DNA of 64,000 nucleotides from Antechinus flavipes (taxonomy: Eukaryota), in NCBI RefSeq assembly GCF_016432865.1, contig NC_067400.1, positions 629,424,001-629,488,000 of the forward strand, in the 5' to 3' direction. Below the pieces are notes generated by a model. It had not been told where the DNA came from. It saw only the letters and a program-made list of their open reading frames with translations, and did no database searches. A program made the position numbers and the translations under genes. Positions 44,101 through 55,779 of this stretch are shown in pieces. Each line of letters starts with the position of its first letter. Positions within the stretch are counted from its first letter, which is position 1.

Positions 44101-47100
44101 GGGCTCCTCCCCCCAATATGATGGGGCTCCTCCCCCTAGAGTGGTGGGGCTCCTCTCCCCAATATGATGGGGCTCCTCTCCCTAGAGTGGTGGGGCTCCT
44201 CCCCCTAGAGAGGTGGGGCTCCTCCCCCTAGTGTGGTGGAGCTCCTCTCCCTAGAGTGGTGGGGCTCCTCCCCCTAGAGTGGTGGGGCTCCTCCCCCCAA
44301 TATGATGGGGCTCCTCTCCCTAGAGTGGTGGGGCTCTTCCCCCTAGAGAGGTGGAGCTCCTCTCCCTAGAGTGGTGGGGCTCCTCCTCCTAGAATAGGGT
44401 CCTCCCCCTAGAATAGGATTCTTCCCCCTAGAGTGGGGCATCTCCCCCTAATATGATGGGGCTCCTCCCCCCCTTAATATGATGGGGCTCCTCCCCCTAG
44501 AATAGGGTCCTCCCCGTAGAGTGGGGCTCCCCGCAGTGGCTTTGGGACCTGGCCCGGGCCTCCCCCAGCCGCTTTCCAACTGTCCCTTTGTCCTTCGTCC
44601 AGGCCCCAAGCTTTGGACCTCATCGCCTCGCGCTGGAAGGCGCTGTACACCGTGCTGAGCACCAACGCCACCCTGCGGGAGATGGAGCTGAGCTTCTCTT
44701 CCATGAATGACCTCTGCATGAAGTGCCTGAGTGACCAACTGAGCCATCCCGACTGCCGCCTGCACACCCTGAGGTGAGGGGGCCGGGGAGGACGGGGGAC
44801 CCTGGGGAGGATGGGGGACCCTGGGGAGGACAGGCCCAAAGCTGGGCTTGACCCAAAAAAACCATGCGGGACCCTCAGAGAGAGCCCACTCAGTGAGTGA
44901 GGGAGCTGAGGATGGAGCCAGCCAGTGTAGACAGCTTTCCTAGGAGTTGGCGGGGCATAGAGTGCGATAGCTTGGGGGGGCAGCTTTAAAGATTGGCGAA
45001 TTCCCTGGGCATCCACACCAGTCATTTTGGGGGACCCTCCTTTTTCCTTCTCCCTGGAATTGCCACCTTCGGAATTTCCCATCCCTCCTGGGGTGAGTGT
45101 GCAAGATTTTAGTCAGAGGCTTTCTGTGGAAGCCTCCGTTCCTTCTTCGTCAAACAAGGGATCCCAGTAGTGCCCACCACCCAGGGGTGGGTGTGAGGAA
45201 GTGGGGGGGGAAGAGTATTTGTAAAGGGCTTTGAGAACCTTAAATGACTATCAGTCCTCCCTCCCTTATCTCNNNNNNNNNNNNNNNNNNNNNNNNNNNN
45301 NNNNNNNNNNNNNNNNNNNNNNNNNNNNNNNNNNNNNNNNNNNNNNNNNNNNNNNNNNNNNNNNNNNNNNNNNNNNNNNNNNNNNNNNNNNNNNNNNNNN
45401 NNNNNNNNNNNNNNNNNNNNNNNNNNNNNNTCTCTCTCCCCTCCCTCTCCTCCCTCCCTCTTTCTCTCCCTCCCCTCCTTCCTCCTTCCTTCCTTTTCCC
45501 CATCTTCCTTGTCTCTCTTCTAGCTGTTACCTGATCTACCAGTAGCTTTGGGCCGAGCCCCAAACGAGATGAGTGGGGCTCCTGAAGGGGGGTGGGCAAT
45601 GTTGGGGAACAATGGCCACTCTGGGTGGGGCCCTGGCGGAGGCCGAAAGGAACAAAGGGCCTCCTCGGGCCTCCCTCCCCGCAGGATCAGGCAGACCGCC
45701 TTTGTCCCCTTTGCCTGTGGAGACTTCCCGCTGGCTCTCATCGGGCACCAGCATCTCATATGCCTTGACCTGGATCTTCAGCTGGGGGATGATGGGATGA
45801 AGCTGCTGTGTGAGGCTTTGAGACACCCCCAGTGTAACCTCCAATATCTGAGGTGAGTCTTCCTCAAAACCCTGTCCCTCCCCCCCTTCCCCGTGCCCTT
45901 TTTTGGATGGGGGAAGCACCCATGATTTGCCAGCTGTGGCTCCTTAATGGGACCAATGATGGAAGAACAGTGGGTGATGGCGAAAGGAAGGCCGATCTCA
46001 CCTCAGGACGCGGAGCACCCCGGGCCAGAAGCCACCCTGCAGCGTTCTCCCCAGTGCTCTTGCGGGGACCCGCTGGGGCTGAGGATGAACTCAATGGTGG
46101 CACAGAGTGGGGGCTTAGAAATGACTGCCAAGGGCAGCCGGCCGGTGCAGCGGATGGGGTACCAGCCCTGAGGTCAGGAGGACCTGGTTCAGATCCCACC
46201 TCAGAGGCTTAACATTTCCTGGCTGTATGACCCTGGGCGAGCCACTTAACCCCAGTTGCTTCAGGGGAAAAAACTGCTCTTGCAAAGGCCTTCTCAGGCC
46301 TCCCTTCACCCGTAATCGGGGAGTCACTGGGCTCTGGGCTATGCCTGGCATTTTGGGAGCCTGCCCGAAGCCTCCCTACCTGAAGCCTCCCTGCCCTCGG
46401 CCCCAGGACCGAAGAATTTGACAGGACAGGACTTGAGTAGCTGGGGTGGGCAGGAGACTAGAGCAGGCAGGCTCCCACCTGCTAGCGCTGTTGTGGTGGT
46501 CTGGGGAGCAAGTAGGAAGGCCTGGGGAGGGGAGTTGCAGGAAGGGGGTGAATTTGAGGGGTGCTGCCAAGGCGAGATCCTCATATGGTTATGAGGTGAG
46601 TTGCACAGTGGCGCGCCTCAGTCGGGGGTGTCCTTGGCATCAGGAGGGGAGAAGAGGGAGGAGTCGGTCCGAAGGAGAGCATTTTGTTTTGGGCGTGTGG
46701 AGGCTCAGCTGATTGGGGCAGTTGAGGAGGCTCAGGTGATTGGGGCAGTTGGAGAGGCTCAGGTGATTGGGGGCAGTTGGGGAGAGGCCAGAGGAGGTCT
46801 GCAGGAGTGGGACCTGAGAGTTCTCAGCTGAGAGGGGATCGCCCAATCCATGGGACTGATGGGATAGCGGGAGGAGCCCCGAGGGGCACCCAGGGTCAGA
46901 GGGCCCGACCGGGGAGGAGCCAGCAAAGGAGACAGACATCGGGATAGGGCGGTTTCAGTGGATGGCGCTCCAGAGGGCAGGGAAGCCACAGGACCAGTTA
47001 TGGGACTGCAGGTCGGGGAGGTCTAGGTGCAGCAGGAGGAGGGAGAGGCTGAAGCTGAGCCGGAGAAGGGGGATGAGGGGTGGGATGGAGGGGCCGCCTC

Positions 47101-50100
47101 GGGAGAGGAGATGGGAGCCACGGAGCCATGGCACGGCCACGGCCTCTTGGGTGAATCGGGCTCGGAGCTGGGAGAGCGGGGCTTTGGAAGCGCCGCTGTG
47201 GAGAGTAAGGCCGGCCCAGGGTTGGCCGCGGCAGCGAGGGCCCAGCTGTTTAACAAGCGGCTCAGTCTGAATGGCGGCAGGATGTAGGAGGGACCCTAGG
47301 AGGGATCTGAGAAAGGGGATTAATAACTTAAGAATGAGGCACCAAGAGGTCACAGTGGGGGGAGGAGAAGTCACGGAGGGGCTGGGCAGTTATGGAGAGG
47401 CAGAGGGAGCCCATAGATGGGGGTTGCCTGAGGGAATTCAGCAAGAGTGAGCATGGAGATGGTCCGTGTGTGAGGCAGAATAGCTCATTGGTTAGGGTGT
47501 TTGAGGGGAGAGTCTGTGTATGAGTCTCCTAGGAGGAGGAGGGCAGGAGTTGGGGAGGAGAGAAATATTGGGAACCAGGGACCAAACACAGGGAGGGAGG
47601 GGAGACTCGGCTCCAGGACTGGGATTGGGCAGGAGCTACGAGGAGCAGGAACCTCAGAGGCTACTGAGTGACGGGGGAAGGGGGGCTCTGGAAGCAGCAG
47701 TGGGGAGCCTGGGCCAGTGAGGGGAGGGGCAGCCAGGGAGGTTCCGTCTGCAGGGAGGGCCAGGTTTCGGAAGGAGGGAGTACATGGAAGGAGGACGAGA
47801 GGAATAGATTTAAGCTGAAGGTGGTTAATGGAACAGGCACAAAGCCTGGGGACTTTGGGGAGGGAGAGTGGGGGGTTGTGGGAAGTCGGGTGGGTGGGGT
47901 GATGGGGGTACATCTGGGTCATAATCTGCAAGGGCTGAGAGTCACTGGGATGGGAAGGGTGTGACCAGTCCCTCCCCATCGAGCGGAGGCAACCCTGGGA
48001 GCCCCCCCGGGGATTTCGGGTCGGCGCAGGAGGCGGAAGGTGCCTTGGCTGCGCAGGTGGAAGATGCCCAGCGCCGCTCATGCCCCTGGCTGCCTCCCGT
48101 CAAGGTCACGCGGTGCCCGGCGGGAGATGCAAGGCTCAGGGCACCCTGGGTGCGAGGGCTTCTCGCTGCAGAGGTGGTGAGGAGGGGGCAGCAGGAAGCG
48201 TCGGGGGCAGGGAACTGAGGCTGAAGTCTGCGTTCAGATTCAGCTTTGACTGGGCGCATCGCTCTTGGGGGACCCGAGCCGAGGACCGTGTGGTGTCCCT
48301 CTCGGCCCACCCCGGGGTGCTCGGCTGCCTCCTCCCTCCTTCGGGAGTCTTCCTTCCTCTCCCAGCCTTCTCTCTCAGCTTCCCAGCTCTCTCCAGTGTC
48401 TCATTAGTCCCCGCTGGCTCCCCCCATCCCCCCCATGCGGTCATGGCCAGGTCCCCCCTCCTGCCAGTGCTGCCCTTTCTCCTGCTCTCCTGCCCAGGAC
48501 AGTTGTTCTCTGTTCAGAAAATAGAAACATGGGGTGGGGGGTGAGGAAAGGGGGAGGAGGGTGGGACAAGGAGAGACCCCAAGGGCAGAGGAAGAGGAGA
48601 TGGAGGAGCTGACGGGGACAGGCAGGACAGAGACATGAACAGAACCTCAGACACGCAGATGGGAGACGCAGCAGGACGGGAGGGGAAGGAGGAAGAGTGG
48701 GGAGGGGAGGGGACGGGACAGGGAGGGGAGGGGGGAGGCGGGCGGCCCCGTGACGCTCACTGCTCGCCCCCCAGGTTGAAGAGCTGTGCCCTCACCAAAG
48801 CTTGCTGCCCAGACCTGGCCCTGGCCCTCACCTGCAACCAGAGCCTGAGCCACCTGAACCTGGAGGGGAATCAGCTGCTGGACAGCGGCGTGCAGGTGCT
48901 GTGTGAGGCCCTGAACCGGCCCGAGTGCCACCTCCAGAAACTGGTGTAAGTAGCCGCTCCCCCGCTCCCGTACCGGGGGCAGGCTGGGGGGCCGCGGGAC
49001 TTCTCGGGGTGACTGAGATTCCCTCGCCTGGGAAATGGCGCCGTGGTGGGCATCCGGGAGGAACGGGATAAGGCTGGGGAAGGCAGTGAGAGCTGTGGTC
49101 AGACTTGGAGGGCCAGCACACGGAGGAGGGGCCAGCCTTGCCCAGCTCCAGGGGCACTTATGGTGGACGGGAGGTGATGGCGGAAGGGGGAGGGTGTGAT
49201 GGCAGACGGGGGGTGATGGCGGACACATCTGGCGATGGTGGCTTTGGGTCGGCACTCGTAGACACCGAGTAGTGCAGTGGTTCACCCTGTGAGGTTGCAG
49301 AGGGCAGTCGAATTACATGAGCCCTGTTATGTCTCGATGGTCTTAAACATGCATAGAAATAGGGAAAGACTGCACCGGGGAGGGCAGGAGAGGAAGGGGG
49401 AGGGAGGTCGGGGCAACGGCGTCTCACGTACTCGGGGTGAGCGAGTAGACGTCGCTGTGAATGGAGGGGAACGGGTGCGGGGAAGCCTGACCCGCATCGA
49501 ACCGGTCAAAGGAGACCCTAAGCAGAAATGTTTCCCTCAGCAGAGAAGTGGGAAGGAAGAGAAGAGACAGGGAATGGGGGTGGGTTAAGCCCTAAGCAGA
49601 GCAAACGGAAGAGCCGCAGACCTTTAGAACGGGCCTTTTTTGGTGGCCAAGAGCTGGAGAAGGGGCCGTCACGTTTGGGAAATGACTGAACAAGAGCCTC
49701 CGAATGTTGAGGGGCACACTGGTGCCGGGAGCAGGCAGGAAGGGAGTGGCTGCAGGGCAATCTGGGCAGCTTCCGTGCACAGAACCAGGGGGCAAAGTCC
49801 CTGCGCTTTGGGGGAGCCTTTTGCGTCCCGATCGCACGATTCCAGGAGACTGATGCTGAAGCCTTTTGTGGCCGACGTGGACGGGCGCTGTGCTCCACGG
49901 TCGGGTTTGGATCGGGGCTTTGGTTTTACTCCCTGTTTTTGAGGGGGAGTGCAGGCGAGGGAGAAGAGAAGGGAGGTTTTTTGCCCATTAAAAAAAAGTT
50001 AAGAAACAGAAACAAACCAGGATGGATGGCCCAGGATTGCAGAATAAAAATGTCCTGAAAAAGGGAAGAGCGGCACAGAGCCACAAACGTTGGCCCGTAA

Positions 50101-53100
50101 ACTTGGCTAACTTGAGGACAGGAAGCGGTGATGGAGGGAGCTGGGCCGATCGGGCCCCCGGACTCGCCGCCTTCTCCCCCGGAGCCGGGCCGATCGGGCC
50201 CCTGGACTCGCCACCTTCTCTCCCGGAGCCGGGCTGATCGGGCCCCCGGGCTGCATTCTCTATAAGCTGTCTGGCGCTCTCCTTGTGGAGGAGATGGAGC
50301 CGTGTGCGCCGGATGCCGTCCCAGCCCATTGGCGATTGGATGGACGGGGCTCCCAAGATCATGGACTTTCTGGGTTGTCTGAGCCTCTAGTCTTAAAGAT
50401 GGAGAAACCGAGTCCCAGAAAAGTGCCATCCAGGATCCACAGCCAGGGATCGCGCTTGGGAATTCCTGACTGCCGAGATCTTGTGCCGCATTGAGGGGCT
50501 CAGCCCTTGGGAGGGGGGAGGGCCCTCCTGGGAAGCTAGCTGAAGTGAGTCCAGAGGACGACAGCCTGGATGGGGGGAGATTGGGGCAGTGGGAGGAAGT
50601 GGCTGATGGTAGCATCTGAGGGATCCTGTGTGGAGGAGGGGGTCGCACTTGTGTCTGACCCGAGAGGTGGGGGAAGTAGCCAAGGCAGGTCATGGACGTC
50701 GCAAGCTCCCCCTCTGCGGGGGACCCAGAGGTGGCTGCTTCGGGGGTGCCTCGATGGAGACACCGCTCCCCCCCTTTTGCTCCTTGCCTCTAGCCAGCCC
50801 CTTCTGTTCCTGTCTCCTTGTCCCTCCCCCATAGAAGGCCCGGGGTCATTTCCCACCTCTGTGTGTCCCCCCTCGCAGGTTGGCAGGATGCGGCCTGACC
50901 GACAGTGGCTGCCAGGATCTCTCTGCCACCCTCACCGCCAGCCGGAAGCTCACCCACCTGTGCCTGGCCCACAACAGCCTTCGGGACGAAGGCCTAAAGA
51001 TTCTGAGCACAGCTTTGAAATGCCCCGATTGCCCCCTCCAAAAACTGACGTAAGGCCTCAGGGATGTGCCCTCCAGGGTCCCTGGGTGGGGGCCTTCAGG
51101 AGGGTCCTTGGGGGGGCCTTCAGGAGGGTCCTTGGGAATGGGAGCAGGGGCTCATACCCTTAGTTACTTGGACTCATCTCTGGTAATGGGGCAAGTGCTT
51201 CTGGGTCCTTATGTGGGAGCTGCCCTAGTATGCTGGAGCACACTGAGGAGGAGGAGGGATGGGAGGAGAAGAGAGGGAGGAAGGAAATAGAGGGAGGAAG
51301 GAGAGGAGGGAGGGAGGGAAAGAATAGGACCAGAGGAGACGCAGAAGCCAGAGGCCTCTCCAAGAGGGAAGGAGGGGGCAGGCCCCAGGCTGAGGGGGAC
51401 GCAGTGCCCCCAATGGGGAGGAGCTAGGAGGTGGCCCCTGTCCACGCCCTTCCCAGCCGGGGGGGCACCGGGAGGCAGAGGGGTGGGCACCCCGAGGTCG
51501 GCCACGGCCTGCCCTTGCCCGGCTCGCAGCGTTCCTCAGCTTGGCGGGGGCAGGCGGGGGCAGGCGGGATTCTCCATCTCCTGTGGCCCTTTCAGCACAT
51601 TCTGGCCCTCGTGGGCCCCCAGCTCTCTGTAGCCGACACCGGTGCTGCCTGGGTCCCCCTCGTAAGGAGCCCCTGGCTGTCCAGAGCACCTCAGGAAGGA
51701 GCCCGTCTCCCTTTGCTGGCTGGGGGGCCCTCCCTGCCGTGTGGGTGGGGGCGCACCAGGGCCCACATGGACATGCCTTTGTTCTAGTGAAGCGCAGTGG
51801 CAGAGGGCAGAGGGCAGAGGGTGGGCCCCCCCCATGGCACCCCTGCTTCAGCCTAAGGCTGAGTGGAGGGGGGTTGCTGAGGGTTGGGTTGGGGGCCAGC
51901 GTAGGCCCGATTGCTGGGGGTGGGGCCTGAGTGAGTGCCCCCTCCCCACTATGGGACTGCTCAGTCCCCCGGGGTGGGGGCCGCAGGGACGCCGGGCTCA
52001 GTGGAGGTGAGCGCGCGTCCTGGCCCGGCCTGCAGGTTGTGGAGCTGCGGGCTCACCGCCGCGGGGTGCCAGGATCTCGCCACGGTGCTCCTCAACAACA
52101 AGAACCTGACTCACCTGGACCTGGGGGAGAACGACCTCGGGGATGACGGCATGAAGCTGCTGTGCGCCGCCTTGGCGCAGCCGCAGTGCAGCCTTCAAGC
52201 CTTGGAGTAAGCCCTTGCCGTCTTCAGCACTTACGTAGCACCACTGCATGCAGGGGCTGTGGGCGGGGGTTACCGCGGCCTCGTCGTGTGCCCCTGTCCT
52301 CGGCAAGGGAGCTCCGGCCACGACCCCGGAGGGGGGGACCGAGGCAGAGGGGAAGGGCTCGGGGGCTCGGCCTCGGGCTCCCCCTCACTCCGGCCTCTCC
52401 CACAGCGTCTTGGTCTGCTTCCTCACCGAGGCCTGTTGTCAGGACCTCGCGGACGCCCTCATCCTCAACCGGAACCTGCACAGCCTGAACCTGGGTCACA
52501 ACGCTCTCAAAGATGAGGGGGTCAAGCTGCTCTGCAAGGCCCTGAGACACCCCGACTGTCAGCTCCAGAGGCTCGGGTACATCAGGGGGGCCGAGGGACC
52601 ACGGCGTGGTTCTTGGGGGGGGGCGGTAGGACTGCAGCATGTTTCTGGGGCCACTAAGACTGTAAACTCCTGGGGGGGGGCGAGGCTCATACTTGGCACA
52701 GGCCTTTGTGTTGGCTGGTAGCCGTCCTCCATTCCCCAAGAGGGCCGACATGGCGTCGCTTTGTGAGTCGGGTTACCGTGTGTCCGGGGTGGCCGATTGG
52801 GCCATCGCGGGCTTTGGAACCTTGGGTCACAGCTTGGACACGTGGTCCCTATGGAGGCTGTGGGGCTGGAGCCTTAAGGGAAGGAGGGGGAACCGTGGGC
52901 CTCTGGTAAGGAGGGGGAAGGCCCAAGGGCATCCAAGGTCACGCGATGGCGAGAGGGCAGAAACGATGGGCAGCCCCGCTAGCTGAGCGTTCCAGTGGGA
53001 GCCATGTTAACTCAAGGGGCCGTGGAGTCAGCTGGCTAGAGGGAGGCTCTAGGGAGCGCACAGAGGGCTGCGATCTGCACTTGGGAGTGGAGTGTGTGAG

Positions 53101-54123
53101 CCCTCCCAGGGTGGTGAGAGAGAAGGGGCCAAGCACGGGGCGAGAGGAGGAGAAGCTGAGGACGAGGGCCAGAAAGCCATCTGTGACCTTGGATGAGGGA
53201 ACCTTGGGAGCACAGGGAGCGGGGCCTCTGGCTGGTTCACCCCTTCTCTGCGGAGCCCCCAGCCGGTCTGCACCCTCTACCCCGGGCCTCGGGGCCTCTG
53301 CGCCCTCTACTCACGCCGGCCACGCTCACGGCCTCGCCTGTGTCCCTCGGGCAGGCTGGAGAGGTGCCAGATCAACACCGCCGGCTGCCAGGACCTCTCC
53401 TCGGTCATCCTCTGCAATTCGAGGCTGAAGAGTCTGAACCTGGCCCAGAACGCCTTGTGGGACGAAGGGGTGAGGCTGCTGTGCGAGGCCCTGGAGCGGC
53501 CTGAATGCGGACTGCAGCTCCTGGCGTAAGTGCCCAGCGAAGGCGCGGCGGTGGCGGGCGGACCCTGCTTGGACTCTGTCTCCCTGCCCCAGTCTAATTA
53601 GTGTTCCCTGGCCATTTTTGTGCACCCCAGAGGTGTCTCATTAATGTTCCCCGGCTGGGCCCAGTGTTACCTCAGAGGTGTCTCATTAATGTTCTCCAAC
53701 TGGCCCCCAGTGTACTTGGAGGAGGTGTCTTAATTAGTGTTCCCCGCCCGGCCGGTGCACCCCAGAGGTGTCTCATTAATGTTCGCTGGCCATTTTTGTG
53801 CACCCCAGAGGGGTCTAATGTTCCCTGGCTGGGCCCAGTGTTACCTCAGAGGTGTCTCATTAATGTTCCCCAACTGGCCCCCAGTGTACTTGGAGGAGGT
53901 GTCTTAATTAGTGTTCCCCGCCCGGCCGGTGCACCTCAGAGGTGTCTAATTAGTGCTCCCCGCCGGCCCCCTCCCCCCCAGGCTGTGGAAGGAGGCGTTC
54001 AGCGAGGACGCGCAGCGGATGCTGAAGGCGGCCGAGGAGAACCGGCCACAGCTGGTCATCACTGGCGACTGGTACAGTCACGAGCCCGAGGAGTTCGGCT
54101 TTTCCTGGTGGCTGGAGACCTGA
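35117..54123 (+). CDS. NACHT-LRR protein of the reproduction-related NLRP group (NLRP5/NLRP14-like), apparently without a PYD; about 1037 aa (1050 with an optional microexon)
   Basis: Model: 35117-35138, 35868-35939, (39317-39355 optional), 42167-43850, 44603-44773, 45685-45852, 48775-48945, 50879-51049, 52036-52206, 52406-52576, 53355-53525, 53982-54123. All GT-AG, phases 1-1-(1)-2-2..., no stops. Confidence is high from the NACHT exon onward and moderate for the N-terminal exons. Confidence 0.85.
35160..35350. repeat. About 40 bp minisatellite (about 5 copies) in NLRP intron 2
   Basis: Unit approximately ccccttctccccagtctgggggcctcctctgccctgta. Confidence 0.7.
36130..37930. repeat. G-poor (ACT/TAC)-derived low-complexity region with higher-order about 130/190-bp units
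   Basis: Recurring blocks such as tactcttctctcccactactccatgctgctgagtgactaccacttcataccagtactaatag at about 36770 and 37470. Confidence 0.85.
38050..38770 (-). mobile_element. Probable ERV LTR remnant
   Basis: Plus-strand gtttattg (minus AATAAA) and LTR-like composition; termini not resolved. Confidence 0.35.
40320..41140 (+). mobile_element. L1 3' fragment (ORF2 C-terminus, 3' UTR, A-tail)
   Basis: atgctcaaaaagttatcaaactgtgcataccctttgatccagca...; A-rich tail at about 41103-41140. Confidence 0.88.
41200..41995 (-). mobile_element. L1 ORF2 C-terminal fragment
   Basis: Reverse-complement match to L1 ORF2 ([14 protein letters not shown]...; KNSSHSPIDKWSKDMNRQF). Confidence 0.88.
42167..43850 (+). 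CDS. NLRP NACHT exon (FISNA-like start, Walker A/B, HD1, WHD, HD2)
   Basis: DDRRRYRAWMAEKF; GPMGIGKT; LLFVLDGLEEL; LLPEACLLLVVRP; CRSPLVCW; FLHLTLQEFFAALY; FLFGLLN; SLYETQD. Phase-1 acceptor tgacag and phase-2 donor GG|GTGAGC. Confidence 0.95.
43886..44532. repeat. 23-bp VNTR (tagagtggtggggctcctccccc), about 27 copies, filling the intron after the NACHT exon
   Basis: Direct periodicity, with a variant unit aatatgatggggctcctc. Confidence 0.95.
45273..45430. other. Assembly gap (158 N) within a CT-rich tract of an NLRP intron
   Basis: Run of n. Confidence 1.
46131..46272 (+). mobile_element. WSINE1-type SINE, GC-shifted
   Basis: gggcagccggccggtgcagcggatgg...aggtcaggaggacctggttcagatccc...cacttaaccccagttgcttcagg-A tail. 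Confidence 0.8.
47000..47870 (-). mobile_element. Decayed L2 LINE (endonuclease and adjacent region)
   Basis: Minus-strand peptide IFLSSPTPALLLLGDSYTDSP resembles the L2 endonuclease segment FLSSPTPALILGDFNIH. Confidence 0.55.
53590..53960. repeat. About 44-bp tandem repeat (about 9 copies, with a higher-order duplication) in the last NLRP intron
   Basis: Core (ca)gaggtgtctcattaatgttccc / gaggtgtcttaattagtgttccc. Confidence 0.9.
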
Positions 54124-55779
54124 CCCGCTCCCCTTCCCTGCCCCCGCCCCCATTCTCAGTCTGTCCCAGGGGCCCATGGGAGCAGCGGGTCCCCGGCGCG
54201 GCACGCGTGCCCTACAAGACCCCCTTCAGCCCTCGGCGGTCACGCGGTGTCCACACCCTTCTTCCCTTGGACATCTTCGAGGGTGAATCAAATACAGACT
54301 GATTGTTTTTCTCTGCATTCAGTGTGCTTGTGTGAGTTGTGACGTGCGCCTGTAAGTCCGGGCCGGGCTCCCGCTCCCCTGGTGCGGCTCGGCCTTGCGG
54401 ACCCCCGGGAAGTCCCCCTCCCCTTTGCTCGCTCGCGTCATCCCTCAAGTCACTCCCCAGAGCTGCTCCGGGGGGACCTCAGACTGGGAGAGTCGGGATC
54501 TTGCTTTTCCCAAATGTTGATGATAGGTCCTGGCTCCCACACAAGTAGCTCGGGGTGGGAGGGGTGGCCTGCCTCCCCTCCCGAGGATTCAGGGGCTCCC
54601 GGGAACCTCTAAACACCAGAATGATTGTCCTTAGGAGTGAGGACCATCCTACAGGGTCAGCGGGCCCCTCGAGGGGAACTAGTTTGGGCCTCCAGGGAGT
54701 TGGCTGACCTGCCCCCCAGCTGCTTGTCCCCAGCATGTGGACCCCTTTGTAAGGGGGATAATCCCAGTGGCATGATGGGGCCCCTGGGAGCCACGTCTGG
54801 CTGAGTTTGGGCCTGAGCAGGTAACTGTCCGGATAACTCATGGCAGGGGACTTGTGCCCCCTTGGGTCATGGCTTTCATCCTCTGGTTTCCATGACACTG
54901 TCTCCCCTCCCAAGAGGGGATTGCTATTCTCTCTGGAAGGTGGATTGGGCCAGTACCAAAGGGGCAGGTTCTGGAACCGTGGCACCCTTTCTGTGGCTGC
55001 TGTCTCGGGGGCTTCCCACATCCAGGAAGAGGGGGGTCCAGGAGCTGTCCCCTTTGGTCCCAGGGTTCATAAGCAGATTCTGGACCAACAGCTCTCGCAG
55101 ACTCCCCCAAGCCCCTCTGCCCATTCTCCCCTCCCAAGGATCTCTTGGGAAAGGCAAAGGATTGTCAGAGCCAGCCAAAGGGGGGGATCAAAGAGCTCGT
55201 CTACCAGCTCGAGGAGGGGTCCGGAGATGAGGCGAACGAGCCCCACCCAGTGCAGGGTGGCCACTGGCCACCGCAGGAGGGAGCGTACCCAGTGGGCGCC
55301 GCCTCCCCCACCATCCCACATGTGCACGATTGCTAAGGGCGGCTTCCTTGGGTCTGCAGAGGGCCCCGGGGCCCATCATCTCCCCGTTTTAGGAGCAAAG
55401 AGTGATTTTGTGGTGAGCTCGTGGTCCTGCCAGCAAAGCAAGTCCTGGCCCTCGAGGGGTCAAGTATTTATATAATATTCTCATTTTTTCTTTGAACAAT
55501 TTTGAGATCCCAGTGGAGTCAGAATAGGGGTCAAAGCAAACTTTTTTTGGTCGTTTTTTCCTCCTTTTCTGATCGTTCTTTCACAAAATCACTGAACGTG
55601 GAAATAGGTTTTACACGATTGTGCCCGTGTAACCCACGTCAAACTGCCTGCCCTCTTAGCGAGGAGGGGCGCGAGCGGAGGGAGGAATTAGAACAGAATT
55701 TTAAGCGAATGTTAAACATCGACTAAGTGTAATTGGGGAAATTATACACGGACTATACATGGGCAGTCACACGAAACAT

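Noticed and set aside
45273-45430. Missing LRR or PYD exon hidden in the N gap
   Set aside because: At the stated 158 bp, within a CT tract, it is too short. The flanking exons already join in frame, and it is downstream of the NACHT exon.
54850-55330. Possible integrase C-terminal remnant (RKRGVQELSP; ELVYQLEE)
   Set aside because: Only short motif resemblances in different frames; cannot be supported without a profile search.
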